Shown here: one piece after another, positions 1 to 10,137 of the stretch
How the letters are laid out: each line of letters starts with the position of its first letter
How positions within the stretch are numbered: the first letter of the stretch is position 1
From: Planctomycetaceae bacterium
GTDB taxonomy: Bacteria > Planctomycetota > Planctomycetia > Pirellulales > Pirellulaceae
Assembly: GCA_040381235.1 (NCBI GenBank)
Contig: JBEIHS010000013.1
Location: forward strand, 1-28,202
Reading direction: 5' to 3'
Length of the DNA stretch: 28,202 nt
Translations under genes and position numbers: made by a program
Notes under the pieces: model-generated
Seen by the model: the letters and a program-made list of their open reading frames with translations, nothing else
The model's database searches: none
What the model was told of the DNA's origin: nothing

Positions 1-162
1 CGACGCCCGACAAGGCGGCGACGCCCGACAAGCCAGCGACGCCCGACAAGCCGGCGACGCCCGACAAGCCGGCGACGCCCGACAAGCCGGCGACGCCCGA
101 CAAGCCGGCGACGCCCGACAAGCCCGCGACGCCGGACAAACCGGCGACGCCCGACAAGCCAG
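1..162 (+). repeat. 18-bp tandem repeat x9 inside the CDS, encoding (TPDKPA)n
   Basis: cgacgcccgacaagccgg and close variants repeat at 1, 19, 37, 55, 73, 91, 109, 127 and 145. Confidence 0.95.
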
Positions 163-2156
163 CGGCCACGGACACGCCGGCGGCCAGTCCGGCGGGGGCG
201 AGCGACCCGGTTCGCGAATTGGCGGCGCGGGCGACGGCGAGCACCGTGGGGCTGTACTGCAAGAAGGACGGTTACGCGTCGTTCTTCGGAACCGGCACGG
301 TGGTCGCGGAGGACGGCCACATCCTGACATCGACGACCGTGGTTCCGCCGGGGGCCGAGGAGATCATGGTGGTGTTCGCGAACTTCACGCGTCGCCAGGG
401 CAGCATTGTCGAATCGAACGAGCAGCTGGAGACCACGCTGCTGAAGGTCGAGGGACTGGGGCTGACCTACTTGCCGCTGGCCAGCGAGTTCCCGATGGTG
501 GGAACGCGAGCCTTCACCACCAGCAACGCGAACAACGTCGTGCTCATAAGCGGCATGGCCTCGTTCAGCATGGGGCATGTCAGCGGCCTGTACGAGGTGA
601 AGAATCTCGGCGGCGAAAGTTTGTACGCCGGGATGGCGATCGAGACGACGGCGGCCGTGAACCCCGGTTCGGACGGCGGGCCGATCATCAACGACCGCGG
701 CCAGCTGTGCGGCGTGATCAGTCTCAATGTCTCGACAGCGCGTTGGCAAGGTGTGGGCGTGCCGACCAAGGTGATTCTCGAGCGGCTGGAGAGCTTCAAG
801 TCCGAGCGGGTGAAGCCGCGTCGCGATCCGCTGTTCGAGCAAGCCATTGTGGACCCGCCGACCAAGGAACTGGCGCGGCATGCGGAAGAATGGTCGAAAT
901 ACCTGGTCGGACTGCGAGTCGAACGGAAGTACGCGCCGGAAGTGTTGCCGCGGATGCCATGGGACGTGTTCCTCAAGGAGATCAAGGACTGGGGTTCGCT
1001 CAGCGCGGAAAAGCGTCAGCAGGTGTTGAATGACTACTTCGAGTGCGCTCGGTTGATCGAAGTCAACCAGATGCTGCGGCAACCGGGCGAGCCAGTCACG
1101 GGGGTCATGGTTTCTCCGGATGGCTTGGTGTTGACGAGTTTGTTCAATGTCGCCGACGAGGATGTGGCGTTGAACAAGGTGACGAAAGAGCCGCATCGGG
1201 TGAAGTTCACAGGCAAGGCGGCGGACTTGGTGAAGGCGCCGCCGGAGGGCACGGAGCGGTCCAACAACCCGGTGGTGAAGGTGACCGCGTTGCTGAGCGA
1301 CGGGAGCACTCGGGAGGCGCAGATCGTCGCCCGGCATGTGCCGCTTGGCATCGCCTTGCTGAAGATCGCGGACGTGCAGTTGCCGGCCGCGAATCTACCG
1401 GAAAGCGTGGCGGCGCCCGAACTGGGCGAGTCGGTCGGTTTGGTTGGCTTCGCCGGTGGAACGGGCACTCGCTTCACGATGAACGCGGGCATCGTCAGTG
1501 CGCCGTCGCGGACCCGCGGGTTCCACTTCCAGACCGACGCGATGTTGAATTACGGTAACTCGGGCGGGCCCGTGTTGTCGACCAGCGGTAAGCTGCTCGG
1601 CATCGCCACGGCGCCGATCATTCCCGGCACGGTGCAGGGGCGGGTCCTGCAAGACCAGGAACTGAGCCGCTGGGAAATCGCTCCGAATTCGGGCGTGGGC
1701 CTGATCGCCTGGTCCCCGAAGATTCGCGATGTCCTGGAAGGAATGAAATCCGGCACGTCGACCTTGAAGCTGGCCGGGGCCTATATGGGCGTTTCGCCCG
1801 ATCCGAGCAGCGTGTTTGGTCAAGCCGCGATTCTGGGAGCGGTTGGACCGGGCACTCCTGCCGGCAACGCGGGGCTGCGTCGAGGCGACCGAGTGCTGGA
1901 GATCAACGGCGAGGAAGTCGAGGACTGGAAAGACTTCATGGCGCACTTGGCCGAGCACAAACCGGGCGACCGCATCCGGCTGAAGATTCAACGCGCCGGC
2001 ATCCAAAAGGCGCTCGTCGTCAAGGGCAAACGCGTCACGAACGAAGTGGAACTCCAAGAACTGCTCAAGTCGATCGAAGCAAGCGGCAAGTTCGAGGGGC
2101 AATTCGAAGTCATCGACACGAAGGAAATCGAACTCGTCTTGGGAGAGCGGCCATGA
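3..2156 (+). CDS. Trypsin-like (HtrA/S1C-type) tandem-domain protein with C-terminal PDZ, 5'-partial; both protease-like modules lack a complete catalytic triad (probable pseudoprotease)
   Basis: The frame of ORF 219..2156 stays open to the window start. Nt 1-162 encode (TPDKPA)x9 in that frame, so the TTG at 219 is probably not the true start. Module 1: DGHILTSTTVV ... LETTLLKV ... NPGSDGGPII. Module 2: DGLVLTSLFNV ... LGIALLKI ... NYGNSGGPVL. PDZ: GLRRGDRVLEINGEEVEDW. The stop overlaps the next ATG (ATGA at 2153-2156). Confidence 0.75.
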   Translation, partial: TPDKAATPDKPATPDKPATPDKPATPDKPATPDKPATPDKPATPDKPATPDKPAATDTPAASPAGASDPVRELAARATASTVGLYCKKDGYASFFGTGTVVAEDGHILTSTTVVPPGAEEIMVVFANFTRRQGSIVESNEQLETTLLKVEGLGLTYLPLASEFPMVGTRAFTTSNANNVVLISGMASFSMGHVSGLYEVKNLGGESLYAGMAIETTAAVNPGSDGGPIINDRGQLCGVISLNVSTARWQGVGVPTKVILERLESFKSERVKPRRDPLFEQAIVDPPTKELARHAEEWSKYLVGLRVERKYAPEVLPRMPWDVFLKEIKDWGSLSAEKRQQVLNDYFECARLIEVNQMLRQPGEPVTGVMVSPDGLVLTSLFNVADEDVALNKVTKEPHRVKFTGKAADLVKAPPEGTERSNNPVVKVTALLSDGSTREAQIVARHVPLGIALLKIADVQLPAANLPESVAAPELGESVGLVGFAGGTGTRFTMNAGIVSAPSRTRGFHFQTDAMLNYGNSGGPVLSTSGKLLGIATAPIIPGTVQGRVLQDQELSRWEIAPNSGVGLIAWSPKIRDVLEGMKSGTSTLKLAGAYMGVSPDPSSVFGQAAILGAVGPGTPAGNAGLRRGDRVLEINGEEVEDWKDFMAHLAEHKPGDRIRLKIQRAGIQKALVVKGKRVTNEVELQELLKSIEASGKFEGQFEVIDTKEIELVLGERP

Positions 2157-3547
2157 CCTTGTTGCAATCATTCCGGCGAGCGTGGACAACGGAAATGGGC
2201 AGTGTGAAGCAGCGGTTGGTTCGCTCTTGCGCCCAGGCCTTGGGCCGAGCGACGATCGCGGGCTGGTTGGCGGTATGCGGCACAGCGGCGACCTACGGTC
2301 AGGAAGGGGCGTCCACGGCGGCGCCGGCCGCTTCGGCGACGCCAATCGCCGCCTCGCCCACGCTGACGGAGGCGAAGATCGAGGCGCTGTGCGCGAAAGT
2401 GAAGCCGGCGTTCGTGTTCATCGCGGGCGGCAGCGGCGTGGTGATCACGCCGGACGGATTGATGCTCACGAACACCCACGTCATCGAAACGGGGGCCGCC
2501 TTCGATGTCCGGCTGGGCAACGGCCGACACTACAAGGCTAAGGTGCTCGGTCGCGACGTGTGGGGCGATTTGGCCCTGCTGCAACTGGAATCGAAGGAGA
2601 ATCAGCCGTTTCCCTATCTGGAATTGGGCGACTCGGATGCCCTGCGGGTCGGCGAGCCGGCGATGGCGATCGGCAATCCGTTCGGTCTCGGGATTGTTGA
2701 TCAGCATCCGACATTCACCGTCGGGATTATCTCGGCGGTGCGTCAGTCCCAGGGACGATACACCGAATGCATCACGACGGATGCCGAGGTCAACCCGGGC
2801 AACTCGGGCGGGCCGCTGGTCAACATGGCCGGCCAAGTCGTTGGTATCAATGGTCAAATCAGCACGCGTTGGGGCCTGCGTTCCAACACAGGACTCGGCT
2901 ACGCCATCAGCGCTCGGCAAGTCCGCATGTGGCTTGAACCGCTCAAAACGGCCAAAGGCGGGAACGTGGAACATGGCGCCCCGTTCGGTCTGCGCGTGCG
3001 GGCGACGCGGCCTGACGCGCCCGGCGTCGACGACGGACTGGTCGTGGAAGAGGTGTCGGACAAGACGGTCGCGGCGGAAGCTGGCTTCCAAGCCAAAGAC
3101 GTGATCGTGAAATGGGATGGTCTGCAGGTTCCCAATACGATGCGGTGGATGAGCGTCATCGGCATGTACCCGGCCGGCGCCAAAGTCCCCGTCGATGTGC
3201 GGCGTGGCGACAAGACGGTCACATTGCAGGTCACGCTCGCCGAACTGCCGCGATCCAAGGAAATCGATCGGGCTGCGCGGAACCGCCGCCCGCAACGCAA
3301 GCCGGACGGAGCGAAGCCGGATGAAAAGCCGGGTAGCAAGCCGGAAACGAAGCCGGATAGCAAGCCGGATGCGAAGCCAGAGAACAAGCCCGAAAACAAT
3401 GCGGAAGCCAAGCCGGACGGGGCGAAGCCGGAAAACAAACCCGACGCTCCCAAGCCGGAGAGCACGAAACCTGAGGGTGCCAAGCCGGAGGCGAGCAAGC
3501 CAGAGGCGAGCAAGCCAGACGCGAAACCGGCTGACTCGAAGCCCTAG
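2153..3547 (+). CDS. HtrA/DegP-family serine endoprotease with PDZ domain and a Lys/Pro-rich C-terminal tail
   Basis: N-terminal hydrophobic signal/anchor (ATIAGWLAVCGTAATYG). Intact triad context: DGLMLTNTHVI (His), WGDLALLQL (Asp), NPGNSGGPLV (Ser). PDZ: GLVVEEVSDKTVAAEAGFQAKDVIVKWDG. The tail is about 85 aa of KPD/KPE repeats. An alternative start is ATG 2195. Confidence 0.9.
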   Translation: MTLLQSFRRAWTTEMGSVKQRLVRSCAQALGRATIAGWLAVCGTAATYGQEGASTAAPAASATPIAASPTLTEAKIEALCAKVKPAFVFIAGGSGVVITPDGLMLTNTHVIETGAAFDVRLGNGRHYKAKVLGRDVWGDLALLQLESKENQPFPYLELGDSDALRVGEPAMAIGNPFGLGIVDQHPTFTVGIISAVRQSQGRYTECITTDAEVNPGNSGGPLVNMAGQVVGINGQISTRWGLRSNTGLGYAISARQVRMWLEPLKTAKGGNVEHGAPFGLRVRATRPDAPGVDDGLVVEEVSDKTVAAEAGFQAKDVIVKWDGLQVPNTMRWMSVIGMYPAGAKVPVDVRRGDKTVTLQVTLAELPRSKEIDRAARNRRPQRKPDGAKPDEKPGSKPETKPDSKPDAKPENKPENNAEAKPDGAKPENKPDAPKPESTKPEGAKPEASKPEASKPDAKPADSKP

Positions 3548-3605
3548 GGCAGTACCCAATCCCGAGCAGATCGACTACTCGCGCGTCCGTGGCCGCATCC
3601 ATAAA

Positions 3606-3630
3606 CTGCGGCCACACACGCAGCTTTTTC
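3606..3630 (+). terminator. Weak candidate intrinsic terminator downstream of the protease gene
   Basis: ctgcg-gccacaca-cgcag (5-bp stem) followed by cttttt, 59 nt after stop 3547. A second GC-rich hairpin, ccgcggcagac-tgct-gtctggcgcgg, lies at 3632-3657. The stem is short, so support is low. Confidence 0.3.
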
Positions 3631-3789
3631 TCCGCGGCAGACTGCTGTCTGGCGCGGTAACGCGTGTGCAAGACCAACCCACCGATGGAGGTGCGCTAAG
3701 TTGCGACAACGCTTTTCGGCGTTTTGTGCAACGTATCTTCGGGTCTACTTTCCGCGAGATGTCACGGACAAGCAGTCCGCCGGACGCGC

Positions 3790-4224
3790 TCACATCTTGG
3801 TGGATTCGATTTCCGGCTGTACCACCTTGGGTGGGGCGAGCAATTGGGAAATCTTGATCGCTTCCAATTGGTGTCGCGCGGAGGTGGTGATGCTGCGTAA
3901 CGCATCGTGGACATCGCGGTTGGCTTCGCGCGGAATCCCCTCGATCTGATCGGCACCGGAATCCATCGGACCTTCGATCGCTTCGATCACGTCCAACAGG
4001 GAGACTTCGTCCGGGCTGCGGCTCAGCGAGTAACCGCCTTCAACCCCTCGTGTTGACCGCAAGATCCCGTGAGTAACCAAGTTACGCAGGATTTGGAGCA
4101 GAAAGCGTTCTGGCATGTCGCCAGAGGCGGCCAGTTGGCTACAGGGAACCGGATGCGAGCGTTCGCTTTTGGCCAGTTCCATCGTAGCCCGGACCGCATA
4201 AGAAACGGTTCGCGACAAACGCAT
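3790..4224 (-). CDS. Rrf2-family transcriptional regulator (no Fe-S ligand cysteines visible)
   Basis: MRLSRTVSYAVRATMELA ... PERFLLQILRNLVTHGILRSTRGVEGGYSL is the typical Rrf2 winged-HTH. The C-terminal half has no Cys cluster, so it resembles the cluster-less type. Confidence 0.9.
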   Translation of the reverse strand: MRLSRTVSYAVRATMELAKSERSHPVPCSQLAASGDMPERFLLQILRNLVTHGILRSTRGVEGGYSLSRSPDEVSLLDVIEAIEGPMDSGADQIEGIPREANRDVHDALRSITTSARHQLEAIKISQLLAPPKVVQPEIESTKM

Positions 4225-4427
4225 GCGTCACCTTACCGGGGAGGGTGGGTGGGCTACCAGCTCGGAATCCCCTCCGACTGGGTAGCGGGCAGTTACAACC
4301 CCTACAACGCCCATAACCGATTAACGAGCGGTAATGTTAACGAATGCGACCAAAGTGTCAATTAAGAAACCGGCTGTTCTCTAAGAAAAACATTTTCCGT
4401 AGCGTTTAGGCATCGCCCACCTTGCAG

Positions 4428-5105
4428 CTAATCACCATCCGCCGACTCGCCAACCTCGGATGGTGGGGTCACCAATGCATGCCAAGCCAACAGGACTGAC
4501 CCACCCACCAGCAGACAGTCGGCAATGTTAAAGTTGGGCCACGTCCACCCCCGAAACCTGAATAAAATCCAGTCTCGGACGGCGTAAATCAATTCTCCAG
4601 AAGCGTTTACGTCGCCCCACCAGCCCAGCCGGTCATACAGATTTCCGCCAATCCCGCCCAACACGCCACTTAACGCGACGACCAATCGCCATTCGCTCAA
4701 CGCACCGCCACGAACCAACCAGACGACAATTCCTAGACCCGCCAGCACAGAGATGCCAGCGAACACCGACGAGTAACCCTGGCCCATGCCCCACAGCGCG
4801 CCGTGATTCCAGGCGTGCTGCACGCCGCAAAAATCTTCAATCCACCACCACTCGCCTTGCCTGCCTGGCCCAGGTGGTAACTGGAAAATCCAGTACTTGG
4901 TCAGCCAGTCGGCGGCGAAACCGCAGGTCGCGATGGTGACAAAGACAACGAGCCGTCGTCGGCGGCTTGCCATGCCTCCGCTTTCGTAAGTCGGTTGATT
5001 CCCGACTCCTCCGGCACTTGTGGGGGACAAGAGGTCCGCCGCTGCGTTCGGCGTTTCCACGACCCGTTCCGCTCGCTTGCCATCCATGTCGCGTCCTGCG
5101 TTCAC
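4428..5105 (-). CDS. lspA: Lipoprotein signal peptidase (signal peptidase II)
   Basis: SPase II motifs are all present: ADWLTKYW, WNHGALWGMG, GGIGGNLYDRL, VRDWILF, FNIADCLLVGG. The first 44 codons of the ORF are non-homologous, so the real start may be ATG 4973 (MASRRRRLVVF...). Confidence 0.85.
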   Translation of the reverse strand: MNAGRDMDGKRAERVVETPNAAADLLSPTSAGGVGNQPTYESGGMASRRRRLVVFVTIATCGFAADWLTKYWIFQLPPGPGRQGEWWWIEDFCGVQHAWNHGALWGMGQGYSSVFAGISVLAGLGIVVWLVRGGALSEWRLVVALSGVLGGIGGNLYDRLGWWGDVNASGELIYAVRDWILFRFRGWTWPNFNIADCLLVGGSVLLAWHALVTPPSEVGESADGD

Positions 5106-5168
5106 AACTATCGTCGCGGGGGTTTCCTAGTCTTTAACTGGGCAACGGAAACAAGGGGTGCGTCGAGC

Positions 5169-5546
5169 TTATCGACCTTGGCTTTGGACGCGTGTGGCGC
5201 ACTTGACGCAGTGCGGCGTGTAGGGCAGGGCTTGCAGCCGAGCCTTGGGGATCTTGCCCTGGCATTCGACACAGATGCCGAACGTCGAATCTTCGATTCG
5301 TTCGAGAGCCGCCTCGATCTGTCCGAGGGTTTCCTCGTCGTTTTCCATCAGGCTGAGGGTGAATTCCTGTTCGAAGTTGTCACTGCCGACATCGGCCATG
5401 TGGATCGGCATGCTCGACAGGTCGCCACTCGCCTCGCTGCGCGTTTTATTCAGAGCCGCGTCCGCCATGGCGTTGACGTCGCCCCGCAACCGGCCTCGCA
5501 AGGCCAGCAGCAGCTGCCGGTAAACCTTCGACTCGCTCTTGTTCAT
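5169..5546 (-). CDS. DksA/TraR-family C4-type zinc-finger protein
   Basis: C-terminal CVECQGKIPKARLQALPYTPHCVKC (CxxC-x17-CxxC) preceded by a coiled-coil-like region. I chose ATG 5546 (MNKSESK...) because GAGG lies 5 nt upstream. The track ORF extends to 5663. Confidence 0.85.
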   Translation of the reverse strand: MNKSESKVYRQLLLALRGRLRGDVNAMADAALNKTRSEASGDLSSMPIHMADVGSDNFEQEFTLSLMENDEETLGQIEAALERIEDSTFGICVECQGKIPKARLQALPYTPHCVKCATRVQSQGR

Positions 5547-5766
5547 CGTGACCTCGTCACAGTAGCTGTTACCGCCGCCGTCCACGTTGGGTGAACCCCA
5601 ACGCCTCACTGTACGCAGGTTCCCCGGAAGTGTCAAACTAGCGAATTTCCGTGGTTCAACCACGCAGCGGCCTTGGTCGTGGGTGTAAGCGGGACTCGAA
5701 AGCCGCTATCATTCCGCCAGAACTGCAGCGTTTCTGTCCGCCGTCCCATTCGGAGTCGAAACGATC

Positions 5767-8700
5767 ATGCTTGCTTCCATCCACCGTCCCGCCTTGGCGT
5801 TTGCCGCGGCTCTTGCTGTGGCTCTTGCCGTCCTGGCAGCCTCACTGCCGGACACGCTCCTCCGCTCGACGCTTGCGCAACAGACCGACACCGATTCGGT
5901 GGAACGTGATTACGCGGGCGAACTGCCCCGCATCGCTCCCCGCGAGCCGTCTGACGCCTTGAAAACGTTCCACGTCGCGAGCGGCTTTGAAATGCAGATT
6001 GTCGCCGCCGAACCGCTGGTCACCGATCCGATCGCCATGGCGTTCGACGAGGACAGCCGCCTGTATGTGGTCGAAATGCGGGACTATTCCGAGGACGACA
6101 AGGCGTTCCTTGGGCGGATTCGCCGCTTGGAAGACACGGACGGCGATGGGCGGATGGACAAAAGTGTCGTGTTCGCCGAAGGGCTTTCGTGGCCGACCGC
6201 GGTGACCTGCTACGACGGTGGAGTGCTTGTCGGGGCGCCGCCTGAGATCTACTACCTGAAGGATACGGACGGCGACGGTCGGGCGGACCTCAAGCAGCAT
6301 CTATTCACCGGCTTTGCCCGGAGCAACGTGCAAGGCCTGCTGAATTCGTTCCAGTGGGGGCTTGATAACCGGATCCATGGCGCGACCAGCAGCAGCGGTG
6401 CGGCGGTGCTTCCCGGCCCGGACCACCCGCTGGCCAAAGCCGCTAAAGACGGCTCGCCCGCTCCGATCGCCCTGCGTGGCCGCGATTTCACGATCGATCC
6501 CCGCGGCTGGCGGCTCGAACCGGCTAGCGGCGGCGCCCAGCACGGCATGTCGCTGGATGATTGGGGCGGCGGCTACGTTTGCTCGAACAGCGACCATCTG
6601 CAACAAGTGATGTTCGAGGACCGATATGTCGCGCGCAATCCGTATCTCGCGGCCCCGTCGGCCCGTCTGAGCATTGCGGTTGATGGACCGCAGGCGGACG
6701 TGTTCCGCACCAGCCCGATTGAGCCGTGGCGGATTGTGCGGACGCGTCTGCGGAGTAAAGGCGTGATTCCGGGCGTGGTGGAAGGCGGCGGCCGCGCCTC
6801 CGGCTATTTCACCAGCGCCACAGGGGTCACGATCTACCGCGGCGATGCTTGGCCCGAATCGCTGCGCGGAATCGCCGTTGTGGGCGATGTCGGCGGCAAT
6901 TTAATCCACCGCAAGCGGATCGAGCCGAACGGCATTCCCAATGTCGGGAAGCGGATCGATGAGAAGAGCGAATTCGTCTCGTCCGAGGACATCTGGTTCC
7001 GGCCGGTGCAGTTCGCCAACGCGCCCGACGGCACGCTGTACATCGCCGACATGTATCGGGAGGTGATCGAGCACCCGGCGAGCTTGCACCCGGTGATCAA
7101 GAAGCACCTCGATCTGACCAGCGGCCGCGATCGCGGTCGGATCTACCGCTTGGCGCCGACCGGCTTCCGCTCGGCTGCTCCCGCGAAGTTGGGAACAGCA
7201 TCGACCCTTGAACTGGTCGGTTTGCTCGAGCACGCCAATGGCTGGACACGCGACACGGCGTCGCGCTTGTTGTATCAACGCCAGGATCGCGCCGCCGCCA
7301 TTCCGCTGGAGAAGCTGGCTCGCGAATCGAAACGCCCGCTCGGCCGCTTGCATGCCCTCTACGCACTGGAGGGACTCGGCTTGCTATCGGCCGACACGGT
7401 GCGAGTCGCCGTGCGGGACGCCGATCCGGCCGTGCGGCGCCATGCGGCCCGGCTGAGCGAATCGCGTTTCAGCGACTCGGCGGAATTGCGCGAGTCGGTC
7501 TTCGCCCTGGCGGACGACGCCGATCTGCGCGTGCGGTATCAAGTGGCGTTCACGGCCGGCGAGTCCTCGGGCCCGCGCCGCGCGGAAGTGCTCGCCAAGT
7601 TGGCCAAGGCCGAGCCAGCGAACAGCTGGCTACGGCTCGCGATTCGCAGTTCGCTGGCGGAAGGCTCGGGCCGAGTGCTTGCCGCGCTGGCGTCCGACGC
7701 GGCGTTCCGCCAGTCGCCCGCCGGCCGCGACTGGTTGAAGGCGCTGGCCGAACAGATCGGCAAGCAGCAGCGGTCGGATGATGTCGCCGAGCTGATCGGC
7801 ACGCTGCGGGGCATTCCGGCCACCGAGTCGGCGACGCTGCAGGCCGTGCTTCAAGGCTTGGCCGCCAAGCCCGGTTCGCCGCTGGCGGACAAAGTCGCGG
7901 CGGCGACCGGGGGTCGTGCCGAGGAGCTGACGAAACAACTGGTGGCCGGCGCGCTCAAGACGGCGGTCGATGGGAAGGCGGGCTCGGGCGACCGATTGGC
8001 CGCTATCCAGCAGCTGCGGCTTGGTGATTTCGCCACATTGGAACCGGCGCTGGCCCAATTGCTCGAGCCGACCCAGCCCGCCGAAGTGCAGGCCGCCGCG
8101 CTCGACGCGTTGGCTTCGTTCCGCGATCCGCGAGTGGCCGAACTGCTCGTCCGTGCCTGGCAGACGCTCAGCCCGCGGGTTCGATCGCAAGCGGCCGACG
8201 TGCTGTTCTCGCGGCCCGAATGGATCCTCGCGTTGCTCAAGGCGGTGGCGGCGAACACGGTGGCGGTTGGCGACGTCGATCCGGGACGGTGGCGTCTGCT
8301 GGCGGACCATAGCGATCCGGCCGTTCGCCAACAGGCGGCGGCGGTGCTCGCGCAGCTGAAGGTCGGCCGGCGCGGCGAAGTGGTCGAAGCGTATAAGGAA
8401 TCGCTCAAGCTGGCCGGCGACGCGGCCCGCGGCAAAGAGCACTTCAAGAAGGTCTGCGCGGCGTGCCATCAATTGCAGGGCGTCGGCTACGCCACGGGGC
8501 CCAACCTGGCGGCGATGAAAGCCCGCGGTCCGGAAGCGATTGTCTTGAATGTGTTCGATCCGAACCGCGAAGTGAATCCGCAGTACTTGAATTACAACGT
8601 GGTCACTGGCGACGGACGCACGCTCAGCGGAATGATCGCCGCCGAGACGGCGACGAGCGTCACGCTGCGGCGGGCGGAGAACGCGGCGGACACCGTGTTG

Positions 8701-8820
8701 CGGATCGATATCGAAGTGCTCAAAAGCACCGGCATGTCGTTGATGCCCGAGGGCTTGGAAAAGCAGATCGACAAACAGGCGATGGCCGACTTGCTGGCCT
8801 ATTTGCGGGAAGTGGAGTAG
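5767..8820 (+). CDS. PVC-type heme-binding CxxCH protein (membrane-bound dehydrogenase-like N-terminal domain, HEAT-like repeats, C-terminal cytochrome c domain)
   Basis: Signal peptide MLASIHRPALAFAAALAVALAVLAA. N-terminal domain: FHVASGFEMQIVAAEPLVTDPIAMAFDEDSRLYVVEMRDY. Central region has repeated RV/HAARxL HEAT-like units. C-terminus: GKEHFKKVCAACHQLQGVGYATGPNL ... SLMPEGL ... LLAYL. This matches the Pirellula/Verrucomicrobium-type heme-binding domain family. Confidence 0.9.
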   Translation: MLASIHRPALAFAAALAVALAVLAASLPDTLLRSTLAQQTDTDSVERDYAGELPRIAPREPSDALKTFHVASGFEMQIVAAEPLVTDPIAMAFDEDSRLYVVEMRDYSEDDKAFLGRIRRLEDTDGDGRMDKSVVFAEGLSWPTAVTCYDGGVLVGAPPEIYYLKDTDGDGRADLKQHLFTGFARSNVQGLLNSFQWGLDNRIHGATSSSGAAVLPGPDHPLAKAAKDGSPAPIALRGRDFTIDPRGWRLEPASGGAQHGMSLDDWGGGYVCSNSDHLQQVMFEDRYVARNPYLAAPSARLSIAVDGPQADVFRTSPIEPWRIVRTRLRSKGVIPGVVEGGGRASGYFTSATGVTIYRGDAWPESLRGIAVVGDVGGNLIHRKRIEPNGIPNVGKRIDEKSEFVSSEDIWFRPVQFANAPDGTLYIADMYREVIEHPASLHPVIKKHLDLTSGRDRGRIYRLAPTGFRSAAPAKLGTASTLELVGLLEHANGWTRDTASRLLYQRQDRAAAIPLEKLARESKRPLGRLHALYALEGLGLLSADTVRVAVRDADPAVRRHAARLSESRFSDSAELRESVFALADDADLRVRYQVAFTAGESSGPRRAEVLAKLAKAEPANSWLRLAIRSSLAEGSGRVLAALASDAAFRQSPAGRDWLKALAEQIGKQQRSDDVAELIGTLRGIPATESATLQAVLQGLAAKPGSPLADKVAAATGGRAEELTKQLVAGALKTAVDGKAGSGDRLAAIQQLRLGDFATLEPALAQLLEPTQPAEVQAAALDALASFRDPRVAELLVRAWQTLSPRVRSQAADVLFSRPEWILALLKAVAANTVAVGDVDPGRWRLLADHSDPAVRQQAAAVLAQLKVGRRGEVVEAYKESLKLAGDAARGKEHFKKVCAACHQLQGVGYATGPNLAAMKARGPEAIVLNVFDPNREVNPQYLNYNVVTGDGRTLSGMIAAETATSVTLRRAENAADTVLRIDIEVLKSTGMSLMPEGLEKQIDKQAMADLLAYLREVE

Positions 8821-8823
8821 CGG

Positions 8824-10137
8824 ATGAGAATCGCGATCATCGGCACCGGTTACGTGGGACTCGTGACCGGCACGTGTTTGGCCGACAATGGAAACGATGT
8901 CGTTTGCGTCGATACGAATCAGGCGAAGATCGAAATGCTGCTGCAAGGCCGCGTGCCGATCTACGAGCCCGGATTGGCGGAACTCGTAGCCAGGAACGCG
9001 GCCGCCGGCCGGTTGCGGTTCACCACCACCTTGGCGGACGCCGTGGCCGAGGCGCAGCTGGTTTTCATCGCGGTTGGCACGCCTCCCGCCGCCGACGGCA
9101 GCGCGGACTTGTCGTTCGTTTGGCAAGTGATTGACAGCCTGGCGCCGCACCTGGCGGCCGACGCGATCGTGGTGCTGAAGAGCACGGTGCCGGTCGGCAC
9201 GAACGCGACGGCCAATGCGCGGCTCAAGGAACTGACGGGCCGCGATTGCGACGTCGCCAGCAATCCCGAGTTCCTCAAGGAAGGCGCGGCGATCAACGAC
9301 TTCATGTATCCGGACCGCGTGGTCGTGGGGGTGCGGCGCCCGGCGGTCGGCGAGACGCTCCGAACGCTTTACTCGCCGCTGCTGCGGACCGGCCGGCCGT
9401 TTCTAGTCATGGCTCCGGAGAGCGCTGAACTGACGAAATATGTGGCCAATGCGATGTTGGCCACGAAAATCAGTTTCATCAACGAGATGGCGAACATCTG
9501 CGAGCGAGTGGGGGCCGATATCAACGAAGTCCGCCATGGCATCGGGCACGACCACCGCATCGGGTTCGCGTTCCTGTTCCCCGGGGTCGGGTACGGCGGC
9601 AGTTGTTTTCCGAAAGACGTGCGGGCGCTTGCTCAGAAGGCGCTCCAGGTGGGCGTCGCGCCGCGTATTTTGGACGCGGTCGAAGAGGTGAACGATCGGC
9701 AAAAGCACGTGCTGCTCGAAAAGATTCGCAGCCAGTACCCCGACGGAATCAGCGGGCTGACGTTCGCGGTCTGGGGGTTGGCATTCAAGCCGCGGACGGA
9801 CGACATCCGCGAGGCGCCGGCGCTGACGCTGATCACGGAGCTTTTGGCCGGCGGGGCCCGCCTGCAAGTCCACGATCCGGAAGCGGCCGAGCGGGTTCGG
9901 GAGCAATTCGGCTCGGCCTTGGTTTACGCCGCCACGCCGCTCGAAGCGCTCGAAGGGGCCGACGCGTTGGCGATCAACACGGAATGGAGCGAATTCCGCA
10001 GTGTGGACCTGCATGAGATGCGGCGGCGGATGAAGTCGGCGGTGATTTTCGACGGCCGAAACCTCTACGAGCCGACGCTCGCCCGCGACGCCGGCTTCGT
10101 CTACCACTCGATCGGCCGCGGCATCGCGCGTCCTTAA
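8824..10137 (+). CDS. ugd: UDP-glucose 6-dehydrogenase (UDP-glucose/GDP-mannose dehydrogenase family)
   Basis: [30 protein letters not shown] (NAD Rossmann fold), catalytic GGSCFPKD, and C-terminal UDP-binding region [13 protein letters not shown]. It starts 3 nt after the previous stop. Confidence 0.92.
   Translation: MRIAIIGTGYVGLVTGTCLADNGNDVVCVDTNQAKIEMLLQGRVPIYEPGLAELVARNAAAGRLRFTTTLADAVAEAQLVFIAVGTPPAADGSADLSFVWQVIDSLAPHLAADAIVVLKSTVPVGTNATANARLKELTGRDCDVASNPEFLKEGAAINDFMYPDRVVVGVRRPAVGETLRTLYSPLLRTGRPFLVMAPESAELTKYVANAMLATKISFINEMANICERVGADINEVRHGIGHDHRIGFAFLFPGVGYGGSCFPKDVRALAQKALQVGVAPRILDAVEEVNDRQKHVLLEKIRSQYPDGISGLTFAVWGLAFKPRTDDIREAPALTLITELLAGGARLQVHDPEAAERVREQFGSALVYAATPLEALEGADALAINTEWSEFRSVDLHEMRRRMKSAVIFDGRNLYEPTLARDAGFVYHSIGRGIARP

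Noticed and set aside
1395-2345. Long antisense or out-of-frame ORFs throughout the window, e.g. 1395..2345(-), 2168..3559(-), 7630..9150(-), 9403..10146(-), 10394..11209(+), 11443..12264(+), 12129..12977(-), 15258..16259(-), 15923..17161(-), 17166..18047(-), 18004..19236(-), 19241..20365(-), 20390..21628(-), 24171..25307(-), 25341..26033(-), 26922..27602(+)
   Set aside because: They are Arg/Pro/Gly/Ala-rich with no recognisable motifs. Each lies opposite or out of frame to an ORF with clear family signatures. Stop-poor alternative frames are expected in very GC-rich DNA.
4225-4427. Possible Rrf2 auto-operator (TTAACGA direct repeat at 4321 and 4337; imperfect ATTAAC-n4-GGTAAT palindrome)
   Set aside because: The palindrome is imperfect and there is no comparative support. 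I note it but do not call it a feature.
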